Of a stretch of 64,000 nucleotides of DNA, positions 1 through 9,114 are shown piece by piece. Origin of the DNA: a virus; the IMG/VR virus record IMGVR_UViG_3300010885_015027, positions 1 to 64,000 of that record. The stretch is one strand, 5' to 3'. A model generated the notes under the pieces. It worked only from the letters and a program-made list of their open reading frames with translations, was not told where the DNA came from and searched no databases. The stretch's first letter is position 1. The number at the start of each line of letters is the position of its first letter. The position numbers and the translations under genes were made by a program.

Positions 1-351
1 AATAACATTAGTTATTCCAGATTGAATGATCCCTCTGGCACAATCTACACAAGGAAAATGAGAAACATACATTGTACAACCAGATATACATGTACCCATT
101 CTTGCGGCATTGTAGATAGCATTTCTTTCTGCATGTTCTGCCCAATAATATTTTTCTGGTCTTTCCCATTTGTGAGGATCTGATTCGTCGACTCCTCTAG
201 GAAAACCATTAAATCCTGTAGATCTAATTTCGTGTTCTTTCCCAACAATTATTGCCGAAGTCTTCGTCTTATCTTTCGATTTAATTGCAATAACATCAAG
301 TAGCTCTACAAAATATTTGTCCCAGGGCATAATACGCAAATCAATTCCCAT
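1..351 (-). CDS. cd: dCMP deaminase (runs off window edge; absent from the ORF track)
   Basis: Manual translation MGIDLRIMPWDKYF..STGFNGFPRG..EHAERNAI..FPCVDCARGIIQSGI; HAE and PCxxC zinc motifs. Confidence 0.93.
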   Translation of the reverse strand, partial: MGIDLRIMPWDKYFVELLDVIAIKSKDKTKTSAIIVGKEHEIRSTGFNGFPRGVDESDPHKWERPEKYYWAEHAERNAIYNAARMGTCISGCTMYVSHFPCVDCARGIIQSGITNVI

Positions 352-373
352 TATACAGGTTTACCTTTTCCTT

Positions 374-763
374 TTAGAAGTGAGTAATTAGAAGAGATTC
401 GATTCTCGAGAAAGGAATATTATGCCTCATAGGATCTTGCGTATGAGTAACATAATGTTGAGCAATATCTTCACACATTCTCTTTGATCCTACTGGATTT
501 AATGAATGGACCATGCAGATTTTACTTGGCCATTTATTATTCTCTTTCATCCAAAGGACAAAATCATAACCAGTTTTGTTAGGAGAATGATAATCAGGGT
601 CCATGTTGGCCTGATAATGATCTTCGGCCAAATCATGGTCCAGCCATGCTTCCTCGATATCATTTTCTTGCATTATAATAACAGCTTCTTCGTAAGACTT
701 GGCGATCTTCCAATCGCCAATAAACGGACAAGGTCTAACATCGTCAAGCCAAAGTTTTTTCAT
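374..763 (-). CDS. cyclic-phosphate-processing receiver-domain protein
   Basis: KLWLDDVR..LDHDL..TGYDFVLW..HSLNPVG motif pattern; start placed at MKKLW. Confidence 0.75.
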   Translation of the reverse strand: MKKLWLDDVRPCPFIGDWKIAKSYEEAVIIMQENDIEEAWLDHDLAEDHYQANMDPDYHSPNKTGYDFVLWMKENNKWPSKICMVHSLNPVGSKRMCEDIAQHYVTHTQDPMRHNIPFSRIESLLITHF

Positions 764-797
764 ATATTTTCCAAAATTATTAAATACCAAGAGAATT

Positions 798-882
798 TGG
801 GGCTGAAAGATGGACTCAAACCATCGAGGGATTTCTCCGCCACATTACAAGTGTGGTCCAATCGTCGCTATGGGATTCCAGC
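798..882 (-). tRNA. tRNA-Thr(UGU) with long variable arm
   Basis: Acceptor GCTGGAA/TTTCAGC, anticodon arm CCACA-CTTGTAA-TGTGG, T arm GATGG-TTTGAGT-CCATC, encoded CCA. Confidence 0.8.
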
Positions 883-887
883 TTATG

Positions 888-1046
888 TTATTTCTTCTTT
901 CGTTTGCAATAGCAATCGCATAAACACTTCTTGACGCAAGGACACTTATCCGCACAACACTTATGTGTTTTACAATATTGTGGAATATCTGCAGTATTAG
1001 AGAATAATAAACCGCAAGAAATAATAAAACTAACAACAAAAAACAT
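888..1046 (-). CDS. 52-aa Cys-rich peptide with hydrophobic N-terminus
   Basis: Manual translation MFFVVSFIISCGLLFSNTADIPQYCKTHKCCADKCPCVKKCLCDCYCKRKKK; AAGGA Shine-Dalgarno. Confidence 0.65.
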   Translation of the reverse strand: MFFVVSFIISCGLLFSNTADIPQYCKTHKCCADKCPCVKKCLCDCYCKRKKK

Positions 1047-1146
1047 AATTTATCCTTTAATATTTTTGGGAATTTTTATAGTCTTTCAGTTTCTGAAACT
1101 TACTCTGGGTGACTAGTGCCGGAAGCCCATCTCGTTATTCAATATT

Positions 1147-1223
1147 TGGTCGGGGCAAGAGGATTCGAACCTCTGGCCCTCTGCTCCCAAAGCAGATGCG
1201 CTACCAGGCTGCGCTATGCCCCG
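1147..1223 (-). tRNA. tRNA-Pro(UGG)
   Basis: Canonical cloverleaf CGGGGCA..TT-TGG-GA..GTTCGAATC..CCCCGACCA. Confidence 0.97.
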
Positions 1224-1256
1224 ACGTCCTCATATCATTATTTATATCCTGTAACT

Positions 1257-2570
1257 TTAAATCTTTTCACCACAATCAAATCCACGCCAACGTAGGAATC
1301 GTGGGAATCGTAGAGAATAAGTTCCATCTTGGTTTTGTGTAATAGTATCTGCTCTAACTTCGGCGATCTGTCCGATCACAGAATCCTTGGTAGACCAGAT
1401 GGCCGCACGGTCTTCATCAGAGAAACCTGTTCCCACATTTACACTAATCGATTTTCCGGATTCAGTTCCTTCACAAACAATAGCACCAAGAGATCCAAGA
1501 TTTTTACCAGTACCTTCTTCAATACCAACCACTTCCAAAGAAAGATCCAAATATGGTTTCAATTTTAACCAAGAAGAAGATCGCTTGCACTCATAAGGCG
1601 CAGCTGGATCTTTAATCATTAATCCTTCATATCCACCTTCGATCGCTTTCTCATTCATTTCGCGAAAGATCTCACGACCAGTTACTGTAGATAAATTAAC
1701 CAAACGATTAGTGAGAATCTTTACATTCGGAAGCGATTCCTGGAACTCTTCAAACCAAATTTCGAGTGACTTAGAACGGATCTCTTGTGAGATCCCACAA
1801 TATCCTGCCAAGAAATCTTGCATTGGAATCATATCAAATATATGAAGAACAGCATCATCAGTCTGAACATTTTCTTTTCTATTGAGTTGTTTCATTAGAT
1901 CTTGAAAATTAGCAGACATCACTTCGCCATCAAACACCCAAGGATCTGAGAGGGATTTGGCAACATCAATAAAGCTTTCACGGATTTTAGGAAAGTTTTC
2001 CATCTCTTTTCCATTCCTGGAAAACTGAGTTACACGCCCATCAGGAAAGACAAATGTCAAAACACGAGCACCATCCAATTTTACTTCAAGAAACTTCTCA
2101 CCAATCATCTTGGTCTGTTGATCAGTGGAATCTTGAGCAAGCTGACAAGAGAAAGTCGGAATAATAAATTTATCCGAAGCTGATAAATTCTTCACAACTT
2201 TATTGACGGTCTTCTCAGAAACACCACAACGAAGATCCTTCATGAGAATCAGACGATACCAATTATTCCACTCATCTTGAGTGGCAAGATTCATGAGACG
2301 TGTAATCTCATCTTTGGCTGTGTTACCTGTAATCTTGCGATTAACTAGTTTGTTTAAAAGTTCGGTGAAGTCAACCCATGGAAGACCTGGGCCAGAATCA
2401 GTTTTTTCCGGAATCTGGCGGACACCAAAAGTCATGAAACTATCAAGAGCATACTTGATACCATAAAATAGGATAGTGTTATCATTGCGAATCTCACGCT
2501 CCAGAATGGCTTCCTTGCCAAGACGGGATCTATCAGCTTGCAATGCACGAATAACTTTAGACGGAATCAT
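1257..2570 (-). CDS. 30: ATP-dependent DNA ligase
   Basis: EVKLDGAR, FDGE, EGLMIK, WLKLKP and SLRFPRF ligase motifs. Confidence 0.95.
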   Translation of the reverse strand: MIPSKVIRALQADRSRLGKEAILEREIRNDNTILFYGIKYALDSFMTFGVRQIPEKTDSGPGLPWVDFTELLNKLVNRKITGNTAKDEITRLMNLATQDEWNNWYRLILMKDLRCGVSEKTVNKVVKNLSASDKFIIPTFSCQLAQDSTDQQTKMIGEKFLEVKLDGARVLTFVFPDGRVTQFSRNGKEMENFPKIRESFIDVAKSLSDPWVFDGEVMSANFQDLMKQLNRKENVQTDDAVLHIFDMIPMQDFLAGYCGISQEIRSKSLEIWFEEFQESLPNVKILTNRLVNLSTVTGREIFREMNEKAIEGGYEGLMIKDPAAPYECKRSSSWLKLKPYLDLSLEVVGIEEGTGKNLGSLGAIVCEGTESGKSISVNVGTGFSDEDRAAIWSTKDSVIGQIAEVRADTITQNQDGTYSLRFPRFLRWRGFDCGEKI

Positions 2571-2767
2571 TAATAGATCTCCATAATTTCACAAAAACGA
2601 GCAACGATGACTTTACTGTCAAGATCTTCTAAATCGAAGATAGGCGAACCCAAACTATCAACACGAATATTTTTGACTTTCACAATACATTCAAATAGTT
2701 TAGAATAAACTAGTTGATTGATTACAATCTCTTTTGTTGGTTTTCGAAACTCAAGGTCGCTAAACAT
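2570..2767 (-). CDS. hypothetical protein
   Basis: ORF coupled to the ligase start. Confidence 0.55.
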   Translation of the reverse strand: MFSDLEFRKPTKEIVINQLVYSKLFECIVKVKNIRVDSLGSPIFDLEDLDSKVIVARFCEIMEIY

Positions 2768-2906
2768 TAGAGCACCGTCGTCGAAAAAATGATAATCAAC
2801 ATCAAAGCGATTAGGGAGAGCAAATCTTTAAAGTTATCCATATTCATATTATACCGTTTCCATAGTGAAAAGTCAAGGAAATTGAAAATTTATCTTCCCT
2901 TTGTTT

Positions 2907-3134
2907 TCAACGATTTACAAATGTTTTCATATCGGTACATTCCGTGTACCCAGACATATATTCTTCCACTTCTGCAAATGAGAAGACTAGTGTTTCCAGT
3001 CCGAGGTACGTTCCTTCCGGCTGTCTCCGCCACCGTGGTTTTGGTTTACGATTATAATAAGCATCGGCGGATCCACAATCGTAAAGACTACCGTTCTGGT
3101 CACGATCGAATTGGATAGATTTTTTCTTTTCCAT
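2907..3134 (-). CDS. hypothetical leaderless early protein
   Basis: ATG 6 nt after TATAAT; GSLYDCGSADAYY motif. Confidence 0.7.
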   Translation of the reverse strand: MEKKKSIQFDRDQNGSLYDCGSADAYYNRKPKPRWRRQPEGTYLGLETLVFSFAEVEEYMSGYTECTDMKTFVNR

Positions 3135-3140
3135 ACATCA

Positions 3141-3169
3141 ATTATACCTTATTGGAACCCCCATAGCAA
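3141..3169 (-). promoter_or_regulatory. sigma70-type early promoter
   Basis: TTGCTA-17-TATAAT. Confidence 0.8.
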
Positions 3170-3184
3170 GGAGGCCTCGAAAGA

Positions 3185-3239
3185 ATATCTCCTTTGTTTT
3201 CAACAGTATTCTGCAAGTGACTGATTCAGAAGGAGATAT
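3185..3239. repeat. 55-bp imperfect palindrome, copy 1
   Basis: ATATCTCCTTTGTTTTCAAC..GCAAGTGACTGATTCAGAAGGAGATAT. Confidence 0.9.
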
Positions 3240-3242
3240 AGA

Positions 3243-3620
3243 TTAATTAATAATTTCGTTCCCAGAGACCCGAGCGTACCCATAGACCTCTGCGTTCCCA
3301 GAGACCCGAGCGTACCCAGAGACCTCGGCGTCCCCAGCGACCACTGCGTCCCCAGCGACCACTGCGTTCCCATAGATCCAGGCGTTCCCAGAGACCATTG
3401 CGTTCCCAGAGACCATTGCGTTCCCATAGACCTCTGCGTTCCCAGAGACCTCTGCGTTCTCAGAGACCACAGCGTTCTCAGAGACCACTGCTTCAGGACC
3501 AACGTAGGCAGTCTCAGCGACACTAGCAGTATTCTCGACCCAGCCTCCTCCATTAGAATGAGGGTGCCACGTCTCAAGAGTAGCGTCAGGAAAAGCAGAT
3601 TTTAAATCTTCAAATGTCAT
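3243..3620 (-). CDS. hexapeptide-repeat (left-handed beta-helix-like) protein, paralog 1
   Basis: MTFEDLK.FPDATLETWH.H.NGGGWV cap followed by V[SY]G[ND]Ax repeats. Confidence 0.85.
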   Translation of the reverse strand: MTFEDLKSAFPDATLETWHPHSNGGGWVENTASVAETAYVGPEAVVSENAVVSENAEVSGNAEVYGNAMVSGNAMVSGNAWIYGNAVVAGDAVVAGDAEVSGYARVSGNAEVYGYARVSGNEIIN

Positions 3621-3628
3621 ATAGAACC

Positions 3629-3657
3629 ATTATACCTTATTGGAACATCGATGTCAA
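3629..3657 (-). promoter_or_regulatory. sigma70-type early promoter
   Basis: TTGACA-17-TATAAT, ATG 8 nt downstream. Confidence 0.85.
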
Positions 3658-3674
3658 GTGAGAATATTATTCTC

Positions 3675-5894
3675 TCAAACAATTAAGTCAATAAATTTTG
3701 ATATCATAGTATTAACTCGTTTCTGTGTGGAGGCCGATTTACAGAAAGTCTCTGCGACAGAAAGAGTTTTTTCTTTTGAATTGTGCGGTTTCGGTTTTTT
3801 GAACATCTCAGTAGAACATATAAATGTAGTATCGAATGATTCTTTATCCACTCGTTCAATCACAATATATTTAGAGTTAAAAGCTTCATGTGTTTTCTTT
3901 CGAAGATAACCGGAATATCGCATATTCTGTATTTCTTCACTAGTGAGGCCCATTTCGGTCAAATATTTTTTCCTTTGATCTTCTGTGATTTCGTACAATA
4001 AATCAGATGTAATTAGAAAATTGATTACTGTGACATCTTTCATTCTAGTCTTAATAATTTTCAAGAAATCCTCAGAAGTGCATCCACTATTATATTCTGA
4101 AAAATAATGATTCAGTTTCGTTTTGGGATCGTGGATAACAATTTTAGATCTATATGAAGGATAGGGATAGCCGTAAGTTTTGGCGTTTTTATATATAACA
4201 GATTTAGCTGGACCTTGGCCGTCGGTGAAATAAACAACATTCACTATTTTCGCAGCACAATCTTCTCTAAATTTTGCCACTAGTGAATCTAGACAGAGAT
4301 GTGTTTCTGATAGGGGAGTTCCTCCTAAACCATACATGTGATTACCTATATGATTCATGAAAATATCAACCATACATTTAAAATTGCTTTCCGACATTCT
4401 AGAACTTAGTAATTCTAATAATCGAAATTTGTCAGTAGTCTCAAAGGTATATTCATTTTTTCCGATATGTGTGTCGAACACGACTTCACAATCTTGTGCA
4501 TCGTACTCGTATTGACGAACTGAATCAAAGAACCCATATAAAACATAAGGAATACCGATCTGTTTACAAAAAAGAATTAATTCTAATGCCTTTGTTTTTG
4601 CTGCACGAAGATATGCAGACATTGAACTAGAAAAATCCATAATGAAAATCAACCCATGGTTTTTTCCATTCGGGCGAACTTCAAAAGTTTTGAATATTTG
4701 ATCGTTATATTTGTAGGAATACAACTTGTTCATATCTAAACTGCCAGTTCTGAACATCATCGTTTTATTATGTTGATCAGCTTTCTTTCGCATTTGGAAT
4801 AGCTGTTTGTGTAAAGAGATGTTATTCTTATGTTCAGTATAGAACGAGGATAACGAGTTGCCAGTCTTACCAAATATTTCGTCTAATTCGGAATCTTCTT
4901 TTATTTCTTTATTTTCTTGACTAGTAGAAAAGATTCTATCAAAATCTTTTTTAATAGATTCAAACGGATAGATAATAGTCCCCAATATGGGTGTAGGCAT
5001 ATCAACATACAAAATTTTACCGACAGATGTATTGACACGATCTGATAGAGAGTTATCTAGATCTCGGAGAGTTTGCGATTTCGATGGAGTGTTTGTAGAT
5101 TCTGTTACAGTTGATGATTCTTTTTGAGTATCGTCATCTACTTTTCTAGAAGTTCTAGCAGAACCGCTCTCAGTGTCTCCAGAATCGTCAGTCGATTCTT
5201 CGGTGGATTCTTCGGTGGATTCTTCGGTGGATTCGTCAGTCGATTCTTCGGTCGATTCTTCGGTCGATTCTTCGTCAGTCGAATCTTCGGTGGATTCTTC
5301 TCCCGATTCCTCTTTCTGAGAAGAGTTATTGCGTTTTCGGTTTTCGTGAAGTTCCGAATCGAAGATTTCAATTGCAATATCAATCACTTCTTTAAAATTA
5401 ACTACAGATTCAATCTTTCGAATATAAGTCTCTTCTCGTTCACTCAGAGACAAAGAAAAGATTCCATTAAATTTGAAATAGACATTCAACCTGTCAATTA
5501 ACGACAGATTCTTGACATCATCTATTACCATTATCTTATTTTCGAGAATCTGTTTATAACCGTGAAAGAAGATTTTCTTCATTCCAGGATAACGTTGTTT
5601 CACAAGAGATTCGATTCTAGCATCTTCGATAATATTAAGATAATCACGAAAAACATCATTCGGTTCTCTCAATTTAAGAGCAGCAATCCATTCGTCAGAA
5701 TTGGTATAGAGAGCGTGGCCGATCTCATGACCAATTAATAATTCAACAATAATATCAGAAAGATTCTCCCAAGTTGGGATAACGAGTACTCGCTTTTGGG
5801 TATCGAAATAAGCAGTCTTCTCAGGCTGCTGGATAACTGTAATGTCTTCGGCAGACATCAATTTCGCGAGATTTTCTTGTACAGTTGTTATCAT
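3675..5894 (-). CDS. CobT-like protein with HExxH metallopeptidase-like domain and vWA domain
   Basis: GHEIGHALYT, NIIEDARIE, MIDAS DFSSSM, GGTPL, FTDG. Confidence 0.85.
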   Translation of the reverse strand: MITTVQENLAKLMSAEDITVIQQPEKTAYFDTQKRVLVIPTWENLSDIIVELLIGHEIGHALYTNSDEWIAALKLREPNDVFRDYLNIIEDARIESLVKQRYPGMKKIFFHGYKQILENKIMVIDDVKNLSLIDRLNVYFKFNGIFSLSLSEREETYIRKIESVVNFKEVIDIAIEIFDSELHENRKRNNSSQKEESGEESTEDSTDEESTEESTEESTDESTEESTEESTEESTDDSGDTESGSARTSRKVDDDTQKESSTVTESTNTPSKSQTLRDLDNSLSDRVNTSVGKILYVDMPTPILGTIIYPFESIKKDFDRIFSTSQENKEIKEDSELDEIFGKTGNSLSSFYTEHKNNISLHKQLFQMRKKADQHNKTMMFRTGSLDMNKLYSYKYNDQIFKTFEVRPNGKNHGLIFIMDFSSSMSAYLRAAKTKALELILFCKQIGIPYVLYGFFDSVRQYEYDAQDCEVVFDTHIGKNEYTFETTDKFRLLELLSSRMSESNFKCMVDIFMNHIGNHMYGLGGTPLSETHLCLDSLVAKFREDCAAKIVNVVYFTDGQGPAKSVIYKNAKTYGYPYPSYRSKIVIHDPKTKLNHYFSEYNSGCTSEDFLKIIKTRMKDVTVINFLITSDLLYEITEDQRKKYLTEMGLTSEEIQNMRYSGYLRKKTHEAFNSKYIVIERVDKESFDTTFICSTEMFKKPKPHNSKEKTLSVAETFCKSASTQKRVNTMISKFIDLIV
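5186..5302 (-). repeat. 12-bp coding tandem repeat (STEE/STDE linker)
   Basis: Repeated GATTCTTCGGT[GC] units. Confidence 0.85.
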
Positions 5895-5950
5895 ATAGAA
5901 CTATTATACCTTTTCCATCCAGGAATAGCAAGGATTTTTTTTGAAAAATA

Positions 5951-6436
5951 TCAACCGATAATTTCGTCCCCAAAGACCCGAGCTTTCCCAGAGATCGTTG
6001 CGTTCCCAGAGACCACTGCGTCCCCATAGACCACTGCGTCCCCATAGACCTCAGCGTCCCCATAGACCACTGCGTCCCCATAGACCTGAGCGTACCCAGA
6101 GACCTGAGCGTTCCCAGAGACCATTACGTTCCCAGAGACCTGAGCGTCCCCATAGACCTCAGCGTTCCCAGAGACCACTGCGTTCCCAGAGACCCGAGAT
6201 CTCCCATAGACCACTGCGTTCCCAGAGACCACTGCGTTCCCAGAGACCCGAGAGTTCCCAGAGACCATTGCGTTCTCAAAGACCCGAGCGTACCCGAAGA
6301 CCAATGCGTCAGGACCAACGTAGGCAGTCTCAGCGACGGTAGCAGTATTCTCGACCCAGCCTTCTCCGTTAGGATGGACGTGCCAAGTGTCTAGGGTAGC
6401 GTCAGGAAAATCGGATTTTAAATCTTCGAACTTCAT
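5951..6436 (-). CDS. hexapeptide-repeat protein, paralog 2
   Basis: Start MKFEDLK matches the paralogs; 18-bp repeat units. Confidence 0.85.
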   Translation of the reverse strand: MKFEDLKSDFPDATLDTWHVHPNGEGWVENTATVAETAYVGPDALVFGYARVFENAMVSGNSRVSGNAVVSGNAVVYGRSRVSGNAVVSGNAEVYGDAQVSGNVMVSGNAQVSGYAQVYGDAVVYGDAEVYGDAVVYGDAVVSGNATISGKARVFGDEIIG

Positions 6437-6487
6437 ATAGAACCAGTATACCTTATTGGAACACACAAAGCAAGGAATTTTCAAACT

Positions 6488-6744
6488 ATATCTCCTTTGT
6501 TTTCAACAGTATTCTGCAAGTGACTGATTCAGAAGGAGATATTCTTTCTTGAAATCCTTGAAGATTCCATCTCTATACCCACCTGTGTTATTGCCCTCAT
6601 GGATCGTCCCAGGGACGCACACAAGCGATCTCTGGATTCAGATGATCCACTAGTATACCTGTGTTCTTCTAGTGATCTTGCGAAAGAATATCTCCCTTTG
6701 TTTTCAGTAGTTTACCGCAAGTCATTGAAAACAAAGGGAGATAT
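6488..6744. repeat. palindrome - conserved spacer (family 1) - palindrome, between divergent promoters
   Basis: Palindromes at 6488-6542 and 6688-6744; the spacer recurs inverted at 57537-57686. Confidence 0.85.
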
Positions 6745-6796
6745 AGTTTCGAGGCTTCCTTGCTATTCCCGGCTGGAACAGCTATAATGGTTCTAT

Positions 6797-6961
6797 ATGA
6801 TGATTACCTTTATTAAGAGCAAAACCAAAGATCAGAAACGTATCGTTCTTTTTCAGATCGGGAATTACCAATACGAAATCTGGAGCCAGACCTCTGGAAC
6901 TGTTCGTAAACTTATGGATACTTCTCATGAAGACGCTCTGGTCATTTTCAATGCACTATAA
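6797..6961 (+). CDS. 54-aa leaderless early protein
   Basis: MMITFIKSKTKDQKRIVLFQ.. after TTGCTA-17-TATAAT (6760-6788). Confidence 0.7.
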   Translation: MMITFIKSKTKDQKRIVLFQIGNYQYEIWSQTSGTVRKLMDTSHEDALVIFNAL

Positions 6962-7017
6962 AGTGATTTTCGGTTCGTCCTTGACACAATAGAAATTTTA
7001 AGGTATATGGGTTCTAT

Positions 7018-7452
7018 ATGACATTCAATGAGTTAAAAACGGCTTTTCCTGGCGCCACCACTGAGCGATGGAGAAAACACTCCTTAGGAGGAGGCTGGGT
7101 CGAGATTACTGCCCGTGTCGCTGAGTCTGCCTATGTTGGTCGTGATGCTATTGTATCTGGGAACGCTCGGGTCACTGCGAACGCAACGATCTCTGGGAAC
7201 GCTCGGGTCTCTGGGAAAGCTTGGGTCGCTGGTAACAGTGCGGTCTCTGGTAACGCAGAGGTCTATGGCAACGCCCAGGTCTTTGGGACCGCAGTGGTCT
7301 CCGGAGACGCTGAGGTCTATGGGGACGCTCAGGTATTTGAGACCGCTCAGGTCGGTGAGGACGCTCGGGTCTTCGGTTATTCCCAGGTTTCTGGGAGATC
7401 TCTGGTCTTTGGAGACACGGTAGTCTGGAACGAAATTATTATTAATCGTTGA
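7018..7452 (+). CDS. hexapeptide-repeat protein, paralog 3
   Basis: Same cap and repeats as the other paralogs. Confidence 0.85.
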   Translation: MTFNELKTAFPGATTERWRKHSLGGGWVEITARVAESAYVGRDAIVSGNARVTANATISGNARVSGKAWVAGNSAVSGNAEVYGNAQVFGTAVVSGDAEVYGDAQVFETAQVGEDARVFGYSQVSGRSLVFGDTVVWNEIIINR

Positions 7453-7558
7453 TATTCTTTTAAAAAGACTTGACATCCTTGACTTTCTAAGCTACAATAG
7501 GTATGTACCAGTTTTAAGTGATAGTATTAAATAATTTGTTAAGGGAAATTTCTACATT

Positions 7559-8737
7559 ATGAAATCTTTTATTGAAGCTGTAAAAATTGAGTTTCCAGAT
7601 AAGCAAGTCTTCACCAGACCAGAATTATCTGCTGTTGCTGAGAAATATTCTCTACGAAAATCGTTTACAGAGTTTATGACAAACGATTCGAATAAGATTC
7701 GTCGTGGCCTCTATAAAATAGAGTCAAATGTAGAATTATCCGAATCAATAGTTAACCTGGTTAAATTTAAACCAGCAGAAAAAATCCGAATCCCACAGTC
7801 TCCTCTCTTAGAGAAGAAAACTGAAAATATCGAAAGCATTAATTTGATTCCAGAAAAGGATCCAGAATTTGTTCCTTTCGGTGATTTCAAGCTACTTAAA
7901 AAAGTAGTTTCGTCGAAGACTTTCTTTCCGATCTATATTTCTGGTGAATCTGGAAACGGTAAAACAAAGATGGTTTATGAAGTTTGTGCTCAATCTAAGA
8001 GGGAATTAATCAGAGCCAATATCACCGAATCTACTGATGAAGATGATCTGATTGGTGGATATCGTCTGATTAATGGTGAAACGATTTGGCAAGATGGACC
8101 TGCCGTAGAAGCAATGAATCGTGGGGCGATTCTTCTTTTAGACGAAATTAATTTGGCTTCTCCTAAGATTATGTGTCTACAGCCAATTCTTGAAGGTAAT
8201 CCCATTTATATTAAAAAGACCAATGTGCTTGTGCATCCGGTACAGGGTTTCAATATTATTGCAACTGCAAATACAAAAGGAAAGTCTTCCGATGATGGTC
8301 GATATATTGGTTCTAATACTCTTAATGAAGCTCTGCTAGACAGATTTGCAATTAATATTGAACACGAATATCCTTCTAAAGATATTGAAATTAAGATTCT
8401 TACAAATATTCTAGACACACATTCTTCTAAAACGGATAACAATATTGAATATGTAGAAAAATTAGTTGAATGGGCCAAGACTATCCGGGACACTTTTGAC
8501 GCTGGTGGAGTCGAAGAAATTATTACCACTCGTAGATTGATTCATATTCTTCGGTTCTTTCTTATTATTGGTGGTAATCGGGTTCGTGCTATTCGTTATG
8601 GAATTTCACGGTTCGACCAAATTACCAAGAAATCTTTCTTATCGCTTTATCAGAAATTAGACGCCAGCGTAGAAGTAGACACCGAGAACTTTAAAAGTTC
8701 TGAGATTGTGTGGGAAGAAATTCAAGGTGCTCAATAA
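7559..8737 (+). CDS. CobS/MoxR-family AAA+ ATPase
   Basis: GESGNGKT, LLLDE, ATANTKG, NEALLDRF. Confidence 0.9.
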   Translation: MKSFIEAVKIEFPDKQVFTRPELSAVAEKYSLRKSFTEFMTNDSNKIRRGLYKIESNVELSESIVNLVKFKPAEKIRIPQSPLLEKKTENIESINLIPEKDPEFVPFGDFKLLKKVVSSKTFFPIYISGESGNGKTKMVYEVCAQSKRELIRANITESTDEDDLIGGYRLINGETIWQDGPAVEAMNRGAILLLDEINLASPKIMCLQPILEGNPIYIKKTNVLVHPVQGFNIIATANTKGKSSDDGRYIGSNTLNEALLDRFAINIEHEYPSKDIEIKILTNILDTHSSKTDNNIEYVEKLVEWAKTIRDTFDAGGVEEIITTRRLIHILRFFLIIGGNRVRAIRYGISRFDQITKKSFLSLYQKLDASVEVDTENFKSSEIVWEEIQGAQ

Positions 8738-8796
8738 TATGCTACTGTCCCATCAGGGACAAACTTTTTTATAAATAATGACTGAGGGAATTGCTA

Positions 8797-9078
8797 ATGC
8801 CATTGTATGATTACCACTGTACTAGAGATGATTGTCAACACTCTTTCGAAAAGAACGTTAAGATGGATGACTGTGATATTCCTTCTACCCAACCTTGCCC
8901 AGAATGTTCTTCTATTACAATAGTAAAAACAGTTACATCTGCTTATTTTGGTGATCCTGTACGTTTGGGTATCACCAAAGCACCAGCGGATTTCCAAAAA
9001 TATGTTTTAGGTAGAATTAAAGAAGCACACCCACTGGGTAATGTCGAACGAACTAGGTCTATTGTAAGAGAAATTTAA
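8797..9078 (+). CDS. FmdB-like zinc-ribbon protein
   Basis: MPLYDYHC..C..PCPEC; late promoter TATAAATA near 8770. Confidence 0.8.
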   Translation: MPLYDYHCTRDDCQHSFEKNVKMDDCDIPSTQPCPECSSITIVKTVTSAYFGDPVRLGITKAPADFQKYVLGRIKEAHPLGNVERTRSIVREI

Positions 9079-9114
9079 ATCTGTGATATTCTTTATTATG
9101 AATAAAGGATACTA

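Noticed and set aside
45-248. ORF-track 67-aa protein
   Set aside because: Out-of-frame shadow of the dCMP deaminase gene
3200-3577. Alternative-frame ORFs over the hexapeptide genes (SLGTQW and RPLRSQ repeats; also 5998, 7115, 16847, 47684, 58183)
   Set aside because: Stop-free shadows of the 18-bp repeats; the promoters and conserved cap support only the VSGNA frame
5951-6436. Diversity-generating retroelement acting on the repeat genes
   Set aside because: No reverse transcriptase in the window and the variation is not adenine-specific
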